Positions 37,174 through 47,644 of a stretch of 64,000 nucleotides of DNA are shown one piece after another. A model generated the notes under the pieces. The model saw nothing but the letters and a program-made list of their open reading frames with translations. It had not been told where the DNA came from and did no database searches. The stretch comes from Dictyostelium discoideum (Eukaryota). Both the position numbers and the translations under genes were made by a program. The DNA lies in contig CM000153.2 in assembly GCA_000004695.1 (NCBI GenBank), positions 3,328,001 through 3,392,000 of the forward strand. Direction: 5' to 3'. The first letter of the stretch is position 1. The number at the start of each line of letters is the position of its first letter.

Positions 37174-37600
37174 TTTATAATTTAATAATTTATGATGGTG
37201 TTATCAATATATTGATATCAGTTACGACCCAAAACGAAAAATAAATTGTTTTTTTTTTAAATTTTTTCTTTTCTTTTTTTTTTTTTTTTTTTTTTTCAGA
37301 TATTTTTTTTTGGGATTTTAGAAAAAGCAAAATAAAAATAAAAAAAAAAATTAAAATAAAATTTAAATAAAAAATCTAAATTATCTAACCAGGGTGTTAT
37401 TTATTTTCAAGTCCGAAAAATTCTACTTTTTTAAAAAAAATAAAATAAAGAATAAATAAAAAAAGATAAAATTTTTTTTTTTTTTTTTTTTATGTTTAAG
37501 TTATCAAGTGCATCGATGGATGCATTGTGTGGGTGTTTTGGAAGTTTTAATTTTTAAGTTAATGTCTGGATTATTGGTTTCAATAAAAAATTGATTTTCA

Positions 37601-37672
37601 CCAAACAGGCTTTGACACAATGGTTGACTGTGGTTTTGATAGTGATCAATCCGATGTTACTTCAGAAATCGA
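37601..37672 (+). pseudogene. degenerate tRNA-Tyr-like fragment (5' half and intron-like part only)
   Basis: caggctttgacacaatggt...tgactgtggttttgatagtgatcaatccgatg aligns with the bona fide tRNA-Tyr at 38227 (ccggctttggcgcaatggtagcgcgattgactgtagtaaattaagtgatcaatcggttg), including the shared 5' flank caaac. It lacks the D-stem complement and the T-arm, so it cannot fold. Confidence 0.45.
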
Positions 37673-37752
37673 TTTTTTTTTTTTTAAATTGTATAACACA
37701 ATTAATGGTGCTTCTCCTTGAGATGCTAGAACTCATTTTATTTGTAATATTT
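37673..37752 (+). repeat. copy A of a duplicated segment: T-run followed by ~65-bp conserved block
   Basis: gaaatcga + T13 + aattgtataacacaattaatggtgcttctccttgagatgctagaactcattttatttgta. It is about 90% identical to 38094..38180. Read on the minus strand it is a conserved 3' end followed by poly(A), which suggests retroelement 3' ends. Confidence 0.6.
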
Positions 37753-37903
37753 TTTACAGGGTCTAAAAGAGGGTCAGTTTATTTTTTTATTTTTTTATTT
37801 ATTTTTTTTTTTTTTATTTTTTTATTGAAATTTTTTTTTTTTTTTTTATTTTGAAAATTTTCAAAAAAAAAAGAAAAAAATAATCAGACAGATAAAAACA
37901 ATC

Positions 37904-38067
37904 AACAACCTCTTTTTTTGATTATTTCATTTTTCATATAAAAAGACTTAAAAACAAACAAATAAATAAAGTATACTTATTTTAAAAAGCCATTTTTTGC
38001 TATTTATTTATTTGTTATTAAGTCTTTTTATATGAAAAATGAAATAATCAAAAAAAGAGGTTGTTGG
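37904..38067. repeat. near-perfect inverted repeat (two ~63-bp arms, ~33-bp spacer); foldback/MITE-like
   Basis: The left arm aacaacctctttttttgattatttcatttttcatataaaaagactta... is the reverse complement of the right arm ...taagtctttttatatgaaaaatgaaataatcaaaaaaagaggttgtt. There are 41 bp of perfect match plus about 20 bp with one small indel. Confidence 0.75.
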
Positions 38068-38093
38068 TTATTTTAATCTCAAAAAGAAATCGA

Positions 38094-38180
38094 AGGTTTT
38101 TTTTTTTTTTTTTTGAATTGGATAACGCAATTATTAGTTGCTTCTCCTTGAGATGCTAGATCTCATTTTATTTGTACTTT
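38094..38180 (+). repeat. copy B of the duplicated T-run + conserved block, ending 46 bp upstream of tRNA-Tyr
   Basis: gaaatcgaagg + T19 + gaattggataacgcaattattagttgcttctccttgagatgctagatctcattttatttgta. See copy A. Confidence 0.6.
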
Positions 38181-38226
38181 TTATAAATCGAAGGTTAACT
38201 GATAAAAAAAATAAAATTTCATCAAA

Positions 38227-38309
38227 CCGGCTTTGGCGCAATGGTAGCGCGATTGACTGTAGTAAATTAAGTGATCAATCGGTTGCTAGTTCGAATCTGG
38301 CAAGCCGGA
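38227..38309 (+). tRNA. tRNA-Tyr (anticodon GTA) with 11-nt intron
   Basis: Manual fold: acceptor stem CCGGCTT/AAGCCGG (7 bp perfect), D-arm GCGC-AATGGTA-GCGC, anticodon stem ATTGA/TCAAT, loop C-T-GTA-G + intron TAAATTAAGTG + A, variable loop CGGTT, T-arm GCTAG-TTCGAAT-CTGGC, discriminator A. A TTTTT Pol III terminator follows immediately. Eukaryotic tRNA-Tyr genes characteristically carry an intron 3' of position 37. Confidence 0.85.
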
Positions 38310-38310
38310 C

Positions 38311-38315
38311 TTTTT
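38311..38315 (+). terminator. RNA polymerase III terminator (T5) for tRNA-Tyr
   Basis: A run of five T starts 2 nt after the tRNA discriminator base. Confidence 0.6.
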
Positions 38316-38329
38316 CCAACCACCAATTA

Positions 38330-39470
38330 TAAGACGCATGTTCGACTCCGTATTTAATCAATTATTAAAGCTCATCAATAATAATTGATTAAATAATTAT
38401 TAAAGCTCATCAATAATAACATAACACAGGCAAAGGGATAACAAGAAAAATGCCAGAATTATTAAACACAATAAGATCATCCTTAGTACTATGGAAAACC
38501 ACTGACTCAACAATCAAAACCAAAACCAACATCCTCAAAGCATTCGCACTCTCTAAATTAACCTACTATTCATATGTAGAGAACTTTAAGGAAGAGGAAT
38601 TAAACCAAATCAATAAATTAGTCGAATGGTTTTTATCGGCACCAAACAACAAAAATGCTAGTGGATTTCAAGTTATTAATTTAATGAGAACCAAAAGAGC
38701 AAGATACCCACTAAAAGTAGGGGGCTGGAACATTTGGAATATAGAATTGAGACAACTGGCGCAGAAACTTTGGATCATAAACCAGTTCATCCTAGCACTA
38801 GAAACCAAACAAACAAACTCATCTCATCACAAAAGCTGGGAATATCAGATCCAAAAAAACAAATTCACATCCAGATACCTAAAAGAAAACTTAGACGAAT
38901 GGAACAAAATAAGAATAAAAAAAGCAATCTTCAACAATAATCTCACATCCATAAAAAACGAAAATGGACAACCACTTTCACTGGCAGAATGGTATACCAC
39001 AATTCAAGACCAAAATCCAACCATCCCTAAAACGGAATTCCAATCATCTCTAAACTTAATTCATTGTACCACTGTGCAATCAAATATACAGTGAAGATCC
39101 TTTAACAAATGAATCACTATCATACAGCTCCCTTCTAAAGAAATGGCACAAATTGGCCACTCTAGAATACATCAAAAAAGCAAAAGATCTGAAAAACTTA
39201 TCAGCAAAAGACCATAATAATTTCAAAGATCCTAAGATCCTTCTCACCTCAACGATCAAGCTAAGAAAAACAACAGCTAATTACTATTGTATTCCAGAAT
39301 CATCTCTCCCAAATATTATATCTTTTGATCAATTCATATGATTAAAATAACCCTTCAGCTTAAATGATAAGCCTATAAATAAATATTAAATAAAAACTCG
39401 TATTAACACAGATGGACATATATCAATCTTGTTAATCCAATATTAAAAAAAAAAAAAAAAAAAAAAAAAC
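38330..39470 (+). mobile_element. 5'-truncated non-LTR (poly(A)) retrotransposon fragment downstream of a tRNA gene (TRE3-like): C-terminal ORF2 remnant + 3' UTR + A22 tail
   Basis: ORF 38450..39094 (214 aa) has normal amino-acid composition and moderate G+C, unlike the host's AT-rich coding bias. A further 3' region follows, then a poly(A) tract at 39446..39469. It begins about 100-140 bp downstream of the tRNA-Tyr 3' end. Dictyostelium TRE3-type elements characteristically sit about 100 bp downstream of tRNA genes. A short internal direct repeat (ttattaaagctcatcaataataa, x2) lies at 38367..38425. Confidence 0.55.
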
Positions 39471-39615
39471 TTTTTAAAATCCATATATAAACCTTTCGGC
39501 TAAATAAAAAAAGAATCAGTGAGTGTTATGGAAAAGAATAAGAAAAAATATGAAAAAAATATGAAAAAACTCAAAAAAAAAATTTTTTTTTTTTTTTTTT
39601 CAATTTTTTAATTTA

Positions 39616-42093
39616 ATGATGAATTCTGATCAAAAGTTAGATATAAATATATTATTTTGGAAGGTAATAAAAAATAAAGTTTTGTTCAAAAAAATATTGA
39701 AATATTTATCCTATGAATATAATGATGATGATATATCAAAACCATTATTTTCAGTACAGTGGTTAATAAATAATGGATACAGGAAAACTTTAAAACATAA
39801 AATAATGAATGATCATTACTTAGAATTTGATAAAAATTACTCTTCAAATGCCTTTGAAAATTACTCGTCAAATGTCTTTGAAAATTTTTTTTTATTCTTT
39901 AAAGATGAAACAGATGAAGAATTTTATAAAAATTTATTTTCAAGAAATTATTTTAAATCAATATTTCAATCTAAAAATATAACCAATATTAATAATAATA
40001 ATAATAATAAAAATTTTAATAATTTTTTTGAATCAATAATTAAAACAATTTTTGAAACGAATAATTTTATTGCAATAAAAGTATTAAATGAAGAATATTA
40101 TTATTTAACTTGTAAAGTAAAGTTTGGAATTTTAGATAATTATGAAATTTTAAATTGGTTATTGAAAACCTATGGAAAAACATATATTTTAGAGTATATA
40201 AAAAACAATATTAATAATGATATTGAAGAACCTTTACAAGTTTTTATAAATTCAATCTCTTCAAATATATATTTAGCAAACCCAAAATCATCAGAGAGTT
40301 TAGAATCAATAATTGATTTATTTAAATTATTAACAGAGGATTTGAACATTGAAATACCAAATTGCAGTAAGCAAAGGATTCTTTCAATTATTTTACAAAT
40401 TTGTCCAATCAATAATAATTATGCCATTAGACTTATTTTAAAATTATTTAAATTTATTAGAATGTTTCGTGATTCCAAACCATTTAATAAACAACTTTCA
40501 ATTATTGAATCAATTGAATTTTCAAAAGAACAGTTGGATATGAGACTTTTGGATTTTATACATAATGATCAAAAGCAAAAGCAAATGTTTAAAACATTAA
40601 TTAAAAGTTACTATGAAAATGTTTTTTCAAATGGATTTAGTTTTTTATATTATTACATTTATGAAAGTATTGAATTATTTAAATCAAGTCAAATTATAAA
40701 TAATAATCATTCAATAAATCCGAAATATTATACATTCACTTCATTCGAGTATGGAGATATTGAATTATTTAAATTCACTTTTAATTCTCTTTCAATTGAT
40801 GATCGTAATTATTTAATGAATGGTACACAACAATTACTTCTTAATGGTAAAATAATATTTTTTAAATATTCCAATGATAAATCAATGAATGAAAAAATGA
40901 AATTTATTAATCAAGTAACTATGGAAATTAATAATTCAAAAAGCAAACGTAGTTTTTTAGAAAAAACTGATAAAATTGAATTTTTAATTTATTTATTTAC
41001 ATATTTAATAAAAATAAATGAAATTGAATTATTAAATGTAATTATTAAAGATTGTAATTTCAATCCATACTCAAAATCATTTAAAGTATCCAAATCAGAT
41101 TATTTATACATTTGTAGATATATTAAATCAATATCAATGTTAGATTTTATTTATTTCAATTTTAAAGATATGGATAATTTAATTTGGGATTGTAAATCTT
41201 GGTGTAATGATAATAGATTCGATTTGATTGAACATTATTTAAATTTAAATTCAAAACATGTTTCTGGAGTCACCATGGTCAATTATGATATAAAAAATGA
41301 AACCAACCTTAAATTAAATAATAAATTAAATTCAATTTCAATAGAAATTAAAAACACAAATGATAATATTGGGTCAATGAAATATTTTATTGGAAAATAT
41401 AAAAATCAAAATTATAAATTATTATCATCACTACCAAAATTTAAAATTTATTTTCATTTTGATAAAAATGTTAATAGTACTATTTTTGATAATATAAATA
41501 ATTATAAATTTATAATTGAAAACAGTTTAAACTACAATTGTCGTCAATCATCTAAAAATGAAAATCAAGAAGCAAAAGAAGAAGAGGAAGAATTCTTAGA
41601 TCATGATCTATTTGATGATAATAGTGTTGATAATGATAATTTAGTTACAAACTATTGTTTTAAATGGAGTGGATTTATTCCATACCAATATGTTGAATTT
41701 ATAAAATGGATTTTAGAAAGTCGTCAAAATGATTTGAAATCAGGTCGTTTAATTATTTCAAGTCATCAATTAATTTCATTTAAATATTTAATTTATTTAC
41801 AAAGTAATGGTATTAAATATTTAAATGAAATTGATTCATTCATTTCTTCAACAACATCAAGTTCAGTAGAAAATTATTTATTTTTTTGTGCTTTTAATCA
41901 TTGTGATTTAAAAACAATAGATAAAATTATTAATAATTTAAAAAATTCAAATTTAGATATTCTCTCTTCATTATTTAATTACTCAACAATGTGTGGTCAA
42001 ATTAAAGTACTTAAACATTTATATAAAAATCATAAATTTCTTTTTGAAACATTTTCTTCAAAAAATTTCTTAAAACAATATAATTTGGAATAA
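39616..42093 (+). CDS. hypothetical protein, 825 aa, Asn/Ile/Lys-rich, no recognisable domain
   Basis: Long uninterrupted ORF with Dictyostelium-like codon and amino-acid bias and internal tandem copies (SSNAFENYSSNVFENF). I could assign no conserved motif. Confidence 0.55.
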   Translation: MMNSDQKLDINILFWKVIKNKVLFKKILKYLSYEYNDDDISKPLFSVQWLINNGYRKTLKHKIMNDHYLEFDKNYSSNAFENYSSNVFENFFLFFKDETDEEFYKNLFSRNYFKSIFQSKNITNINNNNNNKNFNNFFESIIKTIFETNNFIAIKVLNEEYYYLTCKVKFGILDNYEILNWLLKTYGKTYILEYIKNNINNDIEEPLQVFINSISSNIYLANPKSSESLESIIDLFKLLTEDLNIEIPNCSKQRILSIILQICPINNNYAIRLILKLFKFIRMFRDSKPFNKQLSIIESIEFSKEQLDMRLLDFIHNDQKQKQMFKTLIKSYYENVFSNGFSFLYYYIYESIELFKSSQIINNNHSINPKYYTFTSFEYGDIELFKFTFNSLSIDDRNYLMNGTQQLLLNGKIIFFKYSNDKSMNEKMKFINQVTMEINNSKSKRSFLEKTDKIEFLIYLFTYLIKINEIELLNVIIKDCNFNPYSKSFKVSKSDYLYICRYIKSISMLDFIYFNFKDMDNLIWDCKSWCNDNRFDLIEHYLNLNSKHVSGVTMVNYDIKNETNLKLNNKLNSISIEIKNTNDNIGSMKYFIGKYKNQNYKLLSSLPKFKIYFHFDKNVNSTIFDNINNYKFIIENSLNYNCRQSSKNENQEAKEEEEEFLDHDLFDDNSVDNDNLVTNYCFKWSGFIPYQYVEFIKWILESRQNDLKSGRLIISSHQLISFKYLIYLQSNGIKYLNEIDSFISSTTSSSVENYLFFCAFNHCDLKTIDKIINNLKNSNLDILSSLFNYSTMCGQIKVLKHLYKNHKFLFETFSSKNFLKQYNLE

Positions 42094-42230
42094 CTAGAAT
42101 TTTACAAAATCAAACATTTAAATTTATAACCCATTTTTAATTTTTAATTAATAACTCAAAAACACACACATATACACACACATATACTCGCACTCCATTA
42201 ATTTTATATTAATAACTTTTTAAATCCACA

Positions 42231-42279
<49 letters not shown>

Positions 42280-42789
42280 AAATTTGTAACATACACCTTC
42301 ATGAGATATTTTCCAATAATCATTTTTTATAATATACAATGGGGTATTATCTAATAAAGAATTTGTAAAAAAAAAAAAAAAAATTAAATTTAATTTTAAT
42401 TTAGGGGTTAAAATTAAAAGAATTAAAAAAAAATTAAAGAATAAAAAAAATCTAGATATTTGTATTAGTTTTATTGTTATGGCCCATTATAATTTGAATT
42501 AACAATTTTTATATATATTTATAAGGGAACTATTACCATTTCATTCAAAATTTTTTGATTTCAAAAAATATCTAATATATTAATTGAAATCATAAACATT
42601 TTTCAAAGATTTATATTATTTTCGTAAAAGAATAATAAAAAAAGGTTACAAATTCGAAAATAATGAATAATTTTAATTGGTTAAAAAAAAACTATAAATA
42701 GTTTTTTTTTTATTCAAATCATTCAAATCATTCAAATCAATCAAATATTTTAAATTATTTAATATTCTAAAAAAAAAAAAAAAAAGAAA

Positions 42790-43040
42790 ATGTCAATCTT
42801 TGGTAAATATTAAAAATTAAAAAAAAAAATTTTTAGTAATATTAATCTTACTATTTCATTTTTATTTCCTTAAAATTAGCCTCAATTGTTTCAATCTCAA
42901 AAGTTAACAACAAAAAGAATTCAACAGCAGTTGGTTCATCAGAAAATAAAATTCAATACTCAACAAGTCAAGTTTCTGGTGGTCTTGTAAGTGATTTACT
43001 CTGCGATATTGCTGTTACTTTGGATAAAGCTGGCCTCTAA
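42790..43040 (+). CDS. small protein (57 aa) paralog A; join(42790..42802,42880..43040)
   Basis: ATG TCA ATC TTT G|GTAAAT donor, then acceptor aaaattag|CC, joined in phase 1: MSIFASIVSISKVNNKKNSTAVGSSENKIQYSTSQVSGGLVSDLLCDIAVTLDKAGL*. The exon structure and protein are paralogous to 43635..43898. Confidence 0.55.
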
Positions 43041-43634
43041 ATTTGATTATATTAATCATAAACTCAAAACTTAAATAACATTACCAGTAACATTATTAAA
43101 TAAAATTACAATTTTAATTTAAAAAAAATTTGTTTCATTATATTTTTAATCTTTATTTTCTTTTATTATCAAATTAACATTTTTTTCAAAAAAAAATTTT
43201 ATTGGACGAGTTATCTGTTTTTTATTTATTTTTTTTTTTATTTGGTTTAAATTTTTTTTTTTTTTTTTATTATTTTGTAAAAAGAAAAAAAAAAGTAAAA
43301 TCTCTATGTCTTTTTATTTTTGAAATGTTATAAATTAATTTGTTTGTAAAATTGTTATTGGGTGATTTTTTTAATTAAAATAAATGTAAAAAAATTAAAA
43401 TCTATTGATTTTTATCTTCAAGATTTAATAAACATACAATAAATAACAAATCAATATAAATTACCAACATTTATTTGATTTCCAACTTTTTTACAAGCCT
43501 AATTTATTACATTGATTGACTAAGAAAAAAAAAAAAAAAGTGTATAAATATTGAAATAAATTAATTTCAAAATTCATTAAATTAAAAAAGAACAATAACC
43601 TTTAATTCTATAAAAAAAAAAAAAAACTAAAAAA

Positions 43635-43898
43635 ATGTCAATCATTGGTAACTATTTTAAATATTATTTATTATTTAAAGCCTTCATTTAAATAGAGATG
43701 ATATTAATATTATTTTAAAATGAAAATATAGCATCAATTACCTCAATCTCAAAAGTTTCATCAAAAAACATTCCATCAAGTTCAAACTTACCAACATCAA
43801 CTAACAAAATTCAATTTGGAAATAATCAAGTTTCTGGTGGTCTTGTTAGCGATTTGGTTTGTAATATTGCCACTGCTGTTGAAAAACTTGGTCTTTAA
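43635..43898 (+). CDS. small protein (59 aa) paralog B; join(43635..43647,43732..43898)
   Basis: ATG TCA ATC ATT G|GTAACT donor, then acceptor aaatatag|CA, joined in phase 1: MSIIASITSISKVSSKNIPSSSNLPTSTNKIQFGNNQVSGGLVSDLVCNIATAVEKLGL*. It shares MSI(F/I)ASI.SISKV and the C-terminal motif QVSGGLVSDL.C.IA with paralog A. Confidence 0.55.
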
Positions 43899-44093
43899 AT
43901 TTATTATTTAAGGTTAAGACTAAAAACAAAAAAAACAAACTCTATCATTACTATTATCAATAAAAACTTACCATTACTATTCCTATCTTTATTTTAAAAA
44001 AAAAAAAAAAAAAAAACTTTCTTATAATTTTTATTTACAATGGTTATTATTATTATTATTATTATCATAATTTATTGGGGGAGGGGGTAGAAT

Positions 44094-44287
44094 TTATGTT
44101 GCAGTAGTTGTTGTTGTAGTAGTTGTTGTTGAGGTAGTATTAGTAATTGGTGAAGCTGCTTCTGAATTTGTTGGGTTAAAAACATCGATATAATACGCAG
44201 ATGGTTTTGAATATAAATTATTAATTTCAAAAGATATGAGTTCAATTTCTTTATTATAATTATTTTAATTATCAATATTAGTAAGGT

Positions 44288-44324
<37 letters not shown>

Positions 44325-45198
44325 TAATTGATTATGTACATACCCTCTTTAGTTGTGTCAAATAATTCCCACCAAGGATAAGGTTCTTCAGGTAATTGTG
44401 TACCTAATATTCTTGATGCTAAAAATATAGAAGAAGCTGCAATTGATTCAGGTTTATATTGAATTGTAATAGTGGTTCTCATTGAATCATTTAAATAATT
44501 CCATGATTTTTGAGCCAATTCTTTACTTCTTTCTAACAGTTTCATATAATTTAAAATATATTTATGTGGTAAATCAACGTACATTAAAAATCCAAACTCT
44601 TTTAAAATATCAAATTCTGCTGCAATAACATCACCTTTTAAATCCCAATATGCCTATAATAATGATGATAATTTTTGTGTTTTTTTATTAATAAACAACA
44701 TAACTATTGATGATATTATTATTATCATTTACGTACCTGTTTAGTTGTATCAATATAGTCTATTGGTAAACCTTCTTTTTTTTGCCAAATTAAGGTGAAA
44801 ACATTTAATATATCTCTAATCTTTCTTTGTGGTTCTGTAAACTTAGTAGAGACAAAGAGTGATCCCATTGCTAACGTTTTTACATCATATTCTTTTAATG
44901 ATTTTCTACAATAAAATCTTTGAAATATAACCTGTCCTGTAACTGTTGTTGCTTGTGGTCTGGTGTATAGGAAAATAAAAGATAATGAATAAATGAATAA
45001 AACGAAAAAAAAAAAAAAAAAAAAAAGTTGAAATAAATTTATATGAAATTTGATTTGATCTTACAATTCCAATAATATACCAGCTTCTTGAATTACCTCT
45101 GTTCCATATCTTCTTAAATTATCTTCAATTTCAAATGATATTCCATCCTTTCTTGATGGTGAATTTTGAATTTCTTCATCACTAAAATACAAGTTCAT
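44094..45198 (-). CDS. cyclin L-type cyclin (~273 aa, no RS tail); join(complement: 45065..45198, 44737..44959, 44344..44653, 44094..44248)
   Basis: Exon 1 (MNLYFSDEEIQNSPSRKDGISFEIEDNLRRYGTEVIQEAGILLE) aligns with CCNL1 ([36 protein letters not shown]). Exon 2 (PQATTVTGQVIFQRFYCRKSL...EPQRKIRDILNVF) aligns with PQVAMATGQVLFHRFFYSKSF...EAPRRIRDVINVF. Exon 3 (LAQKSWNYLNDSMRTTITIQYKPESIAASSIFLASRILGTQLP) aligns with [43 protein letters not shown]. Exon 4 is EEIELISFEINNLYSKPS...*. Donors are GTAAGA, GTACGT and GTATGT, and the phases are 2, 0 and 1. Confidence 0.75.
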
Positions 45199-45206
45199 AA
45201 CTTTTA

Positions 45207-45238
<32 letters not shown>

Positions 45239-45355
45239 CAACTAAAAATATCTTTTTTTTTTTTTTTTTTTTTTAATCAAATTTAATTTTTTTTTTTTTT
45301 TTTTGATCAAATTTTATTTTTTATTTTTTTTATTTATATCCAACAAAACACAACC

Positions 45356-45389
<34 letters not shown>

Positions 45390-45703
45390 AAAACAATTTG
45401 TTAACTTTGTTTTTTCATAACCATATTTTGATTTTATTTTAAAAGAATGAAAATCAGTGTACAATTTTAGCACCACTGTGGTGATGTTGTTTTTTTTTTT
45501 TTATATTATTATTATAATTTATTTTTATTTTTATTTAATTTATTTTTTTTTTTATTTATTTAAATTTTTTTTTAATTGCATAATTTAATTAAAAAAAAAA
45601 AAAAAATTTATTATAATAACAACATTTGTAAATAATAAAAAAAATAATAATAATATAAAATAAAAAATAATAATAATAATAATAAAGAATAATAATATTA
45701 ATA

Positions 45704-47482
45704 ATGAAAATATTAAAAATATTATTATTAATAATACTATTATCATCAATTGATAGTTGTATTTCAATATCAAGTAAAAATGTTAAAAGAAGATTATTTA
45801 ATAATGAAGAGGATATAGTATCTACAAAAGATGGATTAATTAGGGGAATTGTTGTTAAAGATCATCGTGTATTCTATGGTATTCCTTTTGCTCGTCCACC
45901 AATTGATGAATTACGTTTTGAAGATCCAATTTTTCCAAGAGTTTGGAAAAATGTAAAAGATTGTACAAGACAAAAGGAACAATGTATTCAAAACTGTAGA
46001 TTGGGTAATGGAGCATGTTCTCAAGTTGGAACTAGTGAAGATTGTCTTTATTTAGATGTTTTTGTTCCAAGAAAATCAGATATTACAAATTCTTCTTTAA
46101 TTCCAGTTTTAGTTGTTATTCCTGGTTTGTATTTTTAAAATTTAATAAAATAAAAAAAAATAAAAAAATAAATAATATTAATTTTTTTTATTTATATATA
46201 TTAAGGTGGAGCATTTGTACAAGGTACTGGATCATGTTTACTTTATGATGCAAGTAAATTTGCAAATTCATCAATTATTGTTGTAAATATAAATTATAGA
46301 CTTGGAGCATTAGGTTTTTTGGGAACTGATTTATTAAGTGGTAATTTCGGGTTCTTAGATCAAGTTATGGCTTTACAATGGGTAAGATCAAATATTGAAG
46401 CATTTGGTGGTGATAAGAATAAAGTGACCATTTTTGGAGAATCTGCTGGTGCATTATCTGTGATATCTCATTTAGTTAGCGAACGTTCAAAGAATTTATT
46501 CCAACGTGCAATTGTATCATCGGCAACCTTTACACTTGGTTTAAAAACTAAATCACAGATTAGAGGTATTTCAAATGGTTTCACAAGTAAAATTGGTTGT
46601 AATATTGAAGATATTGATTGTTTACGTTCAAAGTCACCAGAAGAGATTTTAAAAGCACAAGATCAAGTTGCAAATGTATTCAGGGGGAAGCTATTAGATA
46701 TTGTAACAGTTTGGACACCAGTTGTAGATTGTGATATTATATTAGGTCAACCGTTAACAATGATTAGAGATGGTATTTTAGTTAATAATGTCCCATTGAT
46801 AATTGGTGAAACTAAAGATGAGGGTAATTTATTTGTATATTTTAATTTCCAAAAAAAGATCACACAACATAAATATAGAAATATGATTTCCCTAATGTTT
46901 GGCTCAAATAGTCAAATGGTTTTAAATAAATACCCCGCTCCGACAAGTGATGATGGTGATAATAAAGGAGATTGTAGACCTATTTTATCGAAATTATATG
47001 GTGATTACGTTTTCCGTTGCCCAAATAGATATCTAATTAATAGATTATTAACTCAAAATAATAAATCATCATCATCATCATCACCTGTAATTTACCATTA
47101 TCAATTCAGACATTCATTATCAAGTGGTAATCCAATTCCTTATTGTAGTGGTATTGTTTGTCATGGTTCTGAATTACCTTTAATTTTTAATACATATGAA
47201 TCTGCAATGAATTTTGAATTGGATGATGATGAAATTCAATTCTCTCAAGATATTAATAGATATTGGGTAAATTTCATTTCAAATGGTGACCCAAACAAAG
47301 GTTTATCCTCATCAACTATGATAGATTGGTCACCAATTACAAAATCTTTAAATAACTCTTTAATTATGGTACCAGAATTTCAATTAAATGATATTATCTC
47401 CATTGATGGAAGATGTAATTTATTTGATAAAATTTCATATAGAGGTTATACTAAAAAAAATTCAAAACTTTGTCCAAGTTAA
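45704..47482 (+). CDS. type-B carboxylesterase/lipase (cholinesterase-like), secreted, ~565 aa; join(45704..46124,46206..47482)
   Basis: A signal peptide is followed by EDCLYLDVFVP and the active-site Ser motif FGESAGA. The catalytic His is also present (GIVCHGSELPLIF). Exon 1 ends VLVVIPG at a GTTTGT donor, and acceptor tatattaag|GT joins in phase 1 to give ..IPGGAFVQGTGS. It is paralogous to the convergent gene at 47645..49390. Confidence 0.75.
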
Positions 47483-47644
47483 CATTTTTTTTAAAAAAAT
47501 TAAAAAAAAAAAATAAAAAAAATAAAAAACAATAAAGAGAATATCATTTTTACAAATCCTTAATTTAGATTTTTAAATCTCCCCAATCTTTTGTTTTTTA
47601 CTTTTATTTAAATTTTTAAAAAAAAAAAGAAAAAAGTTTAATTT

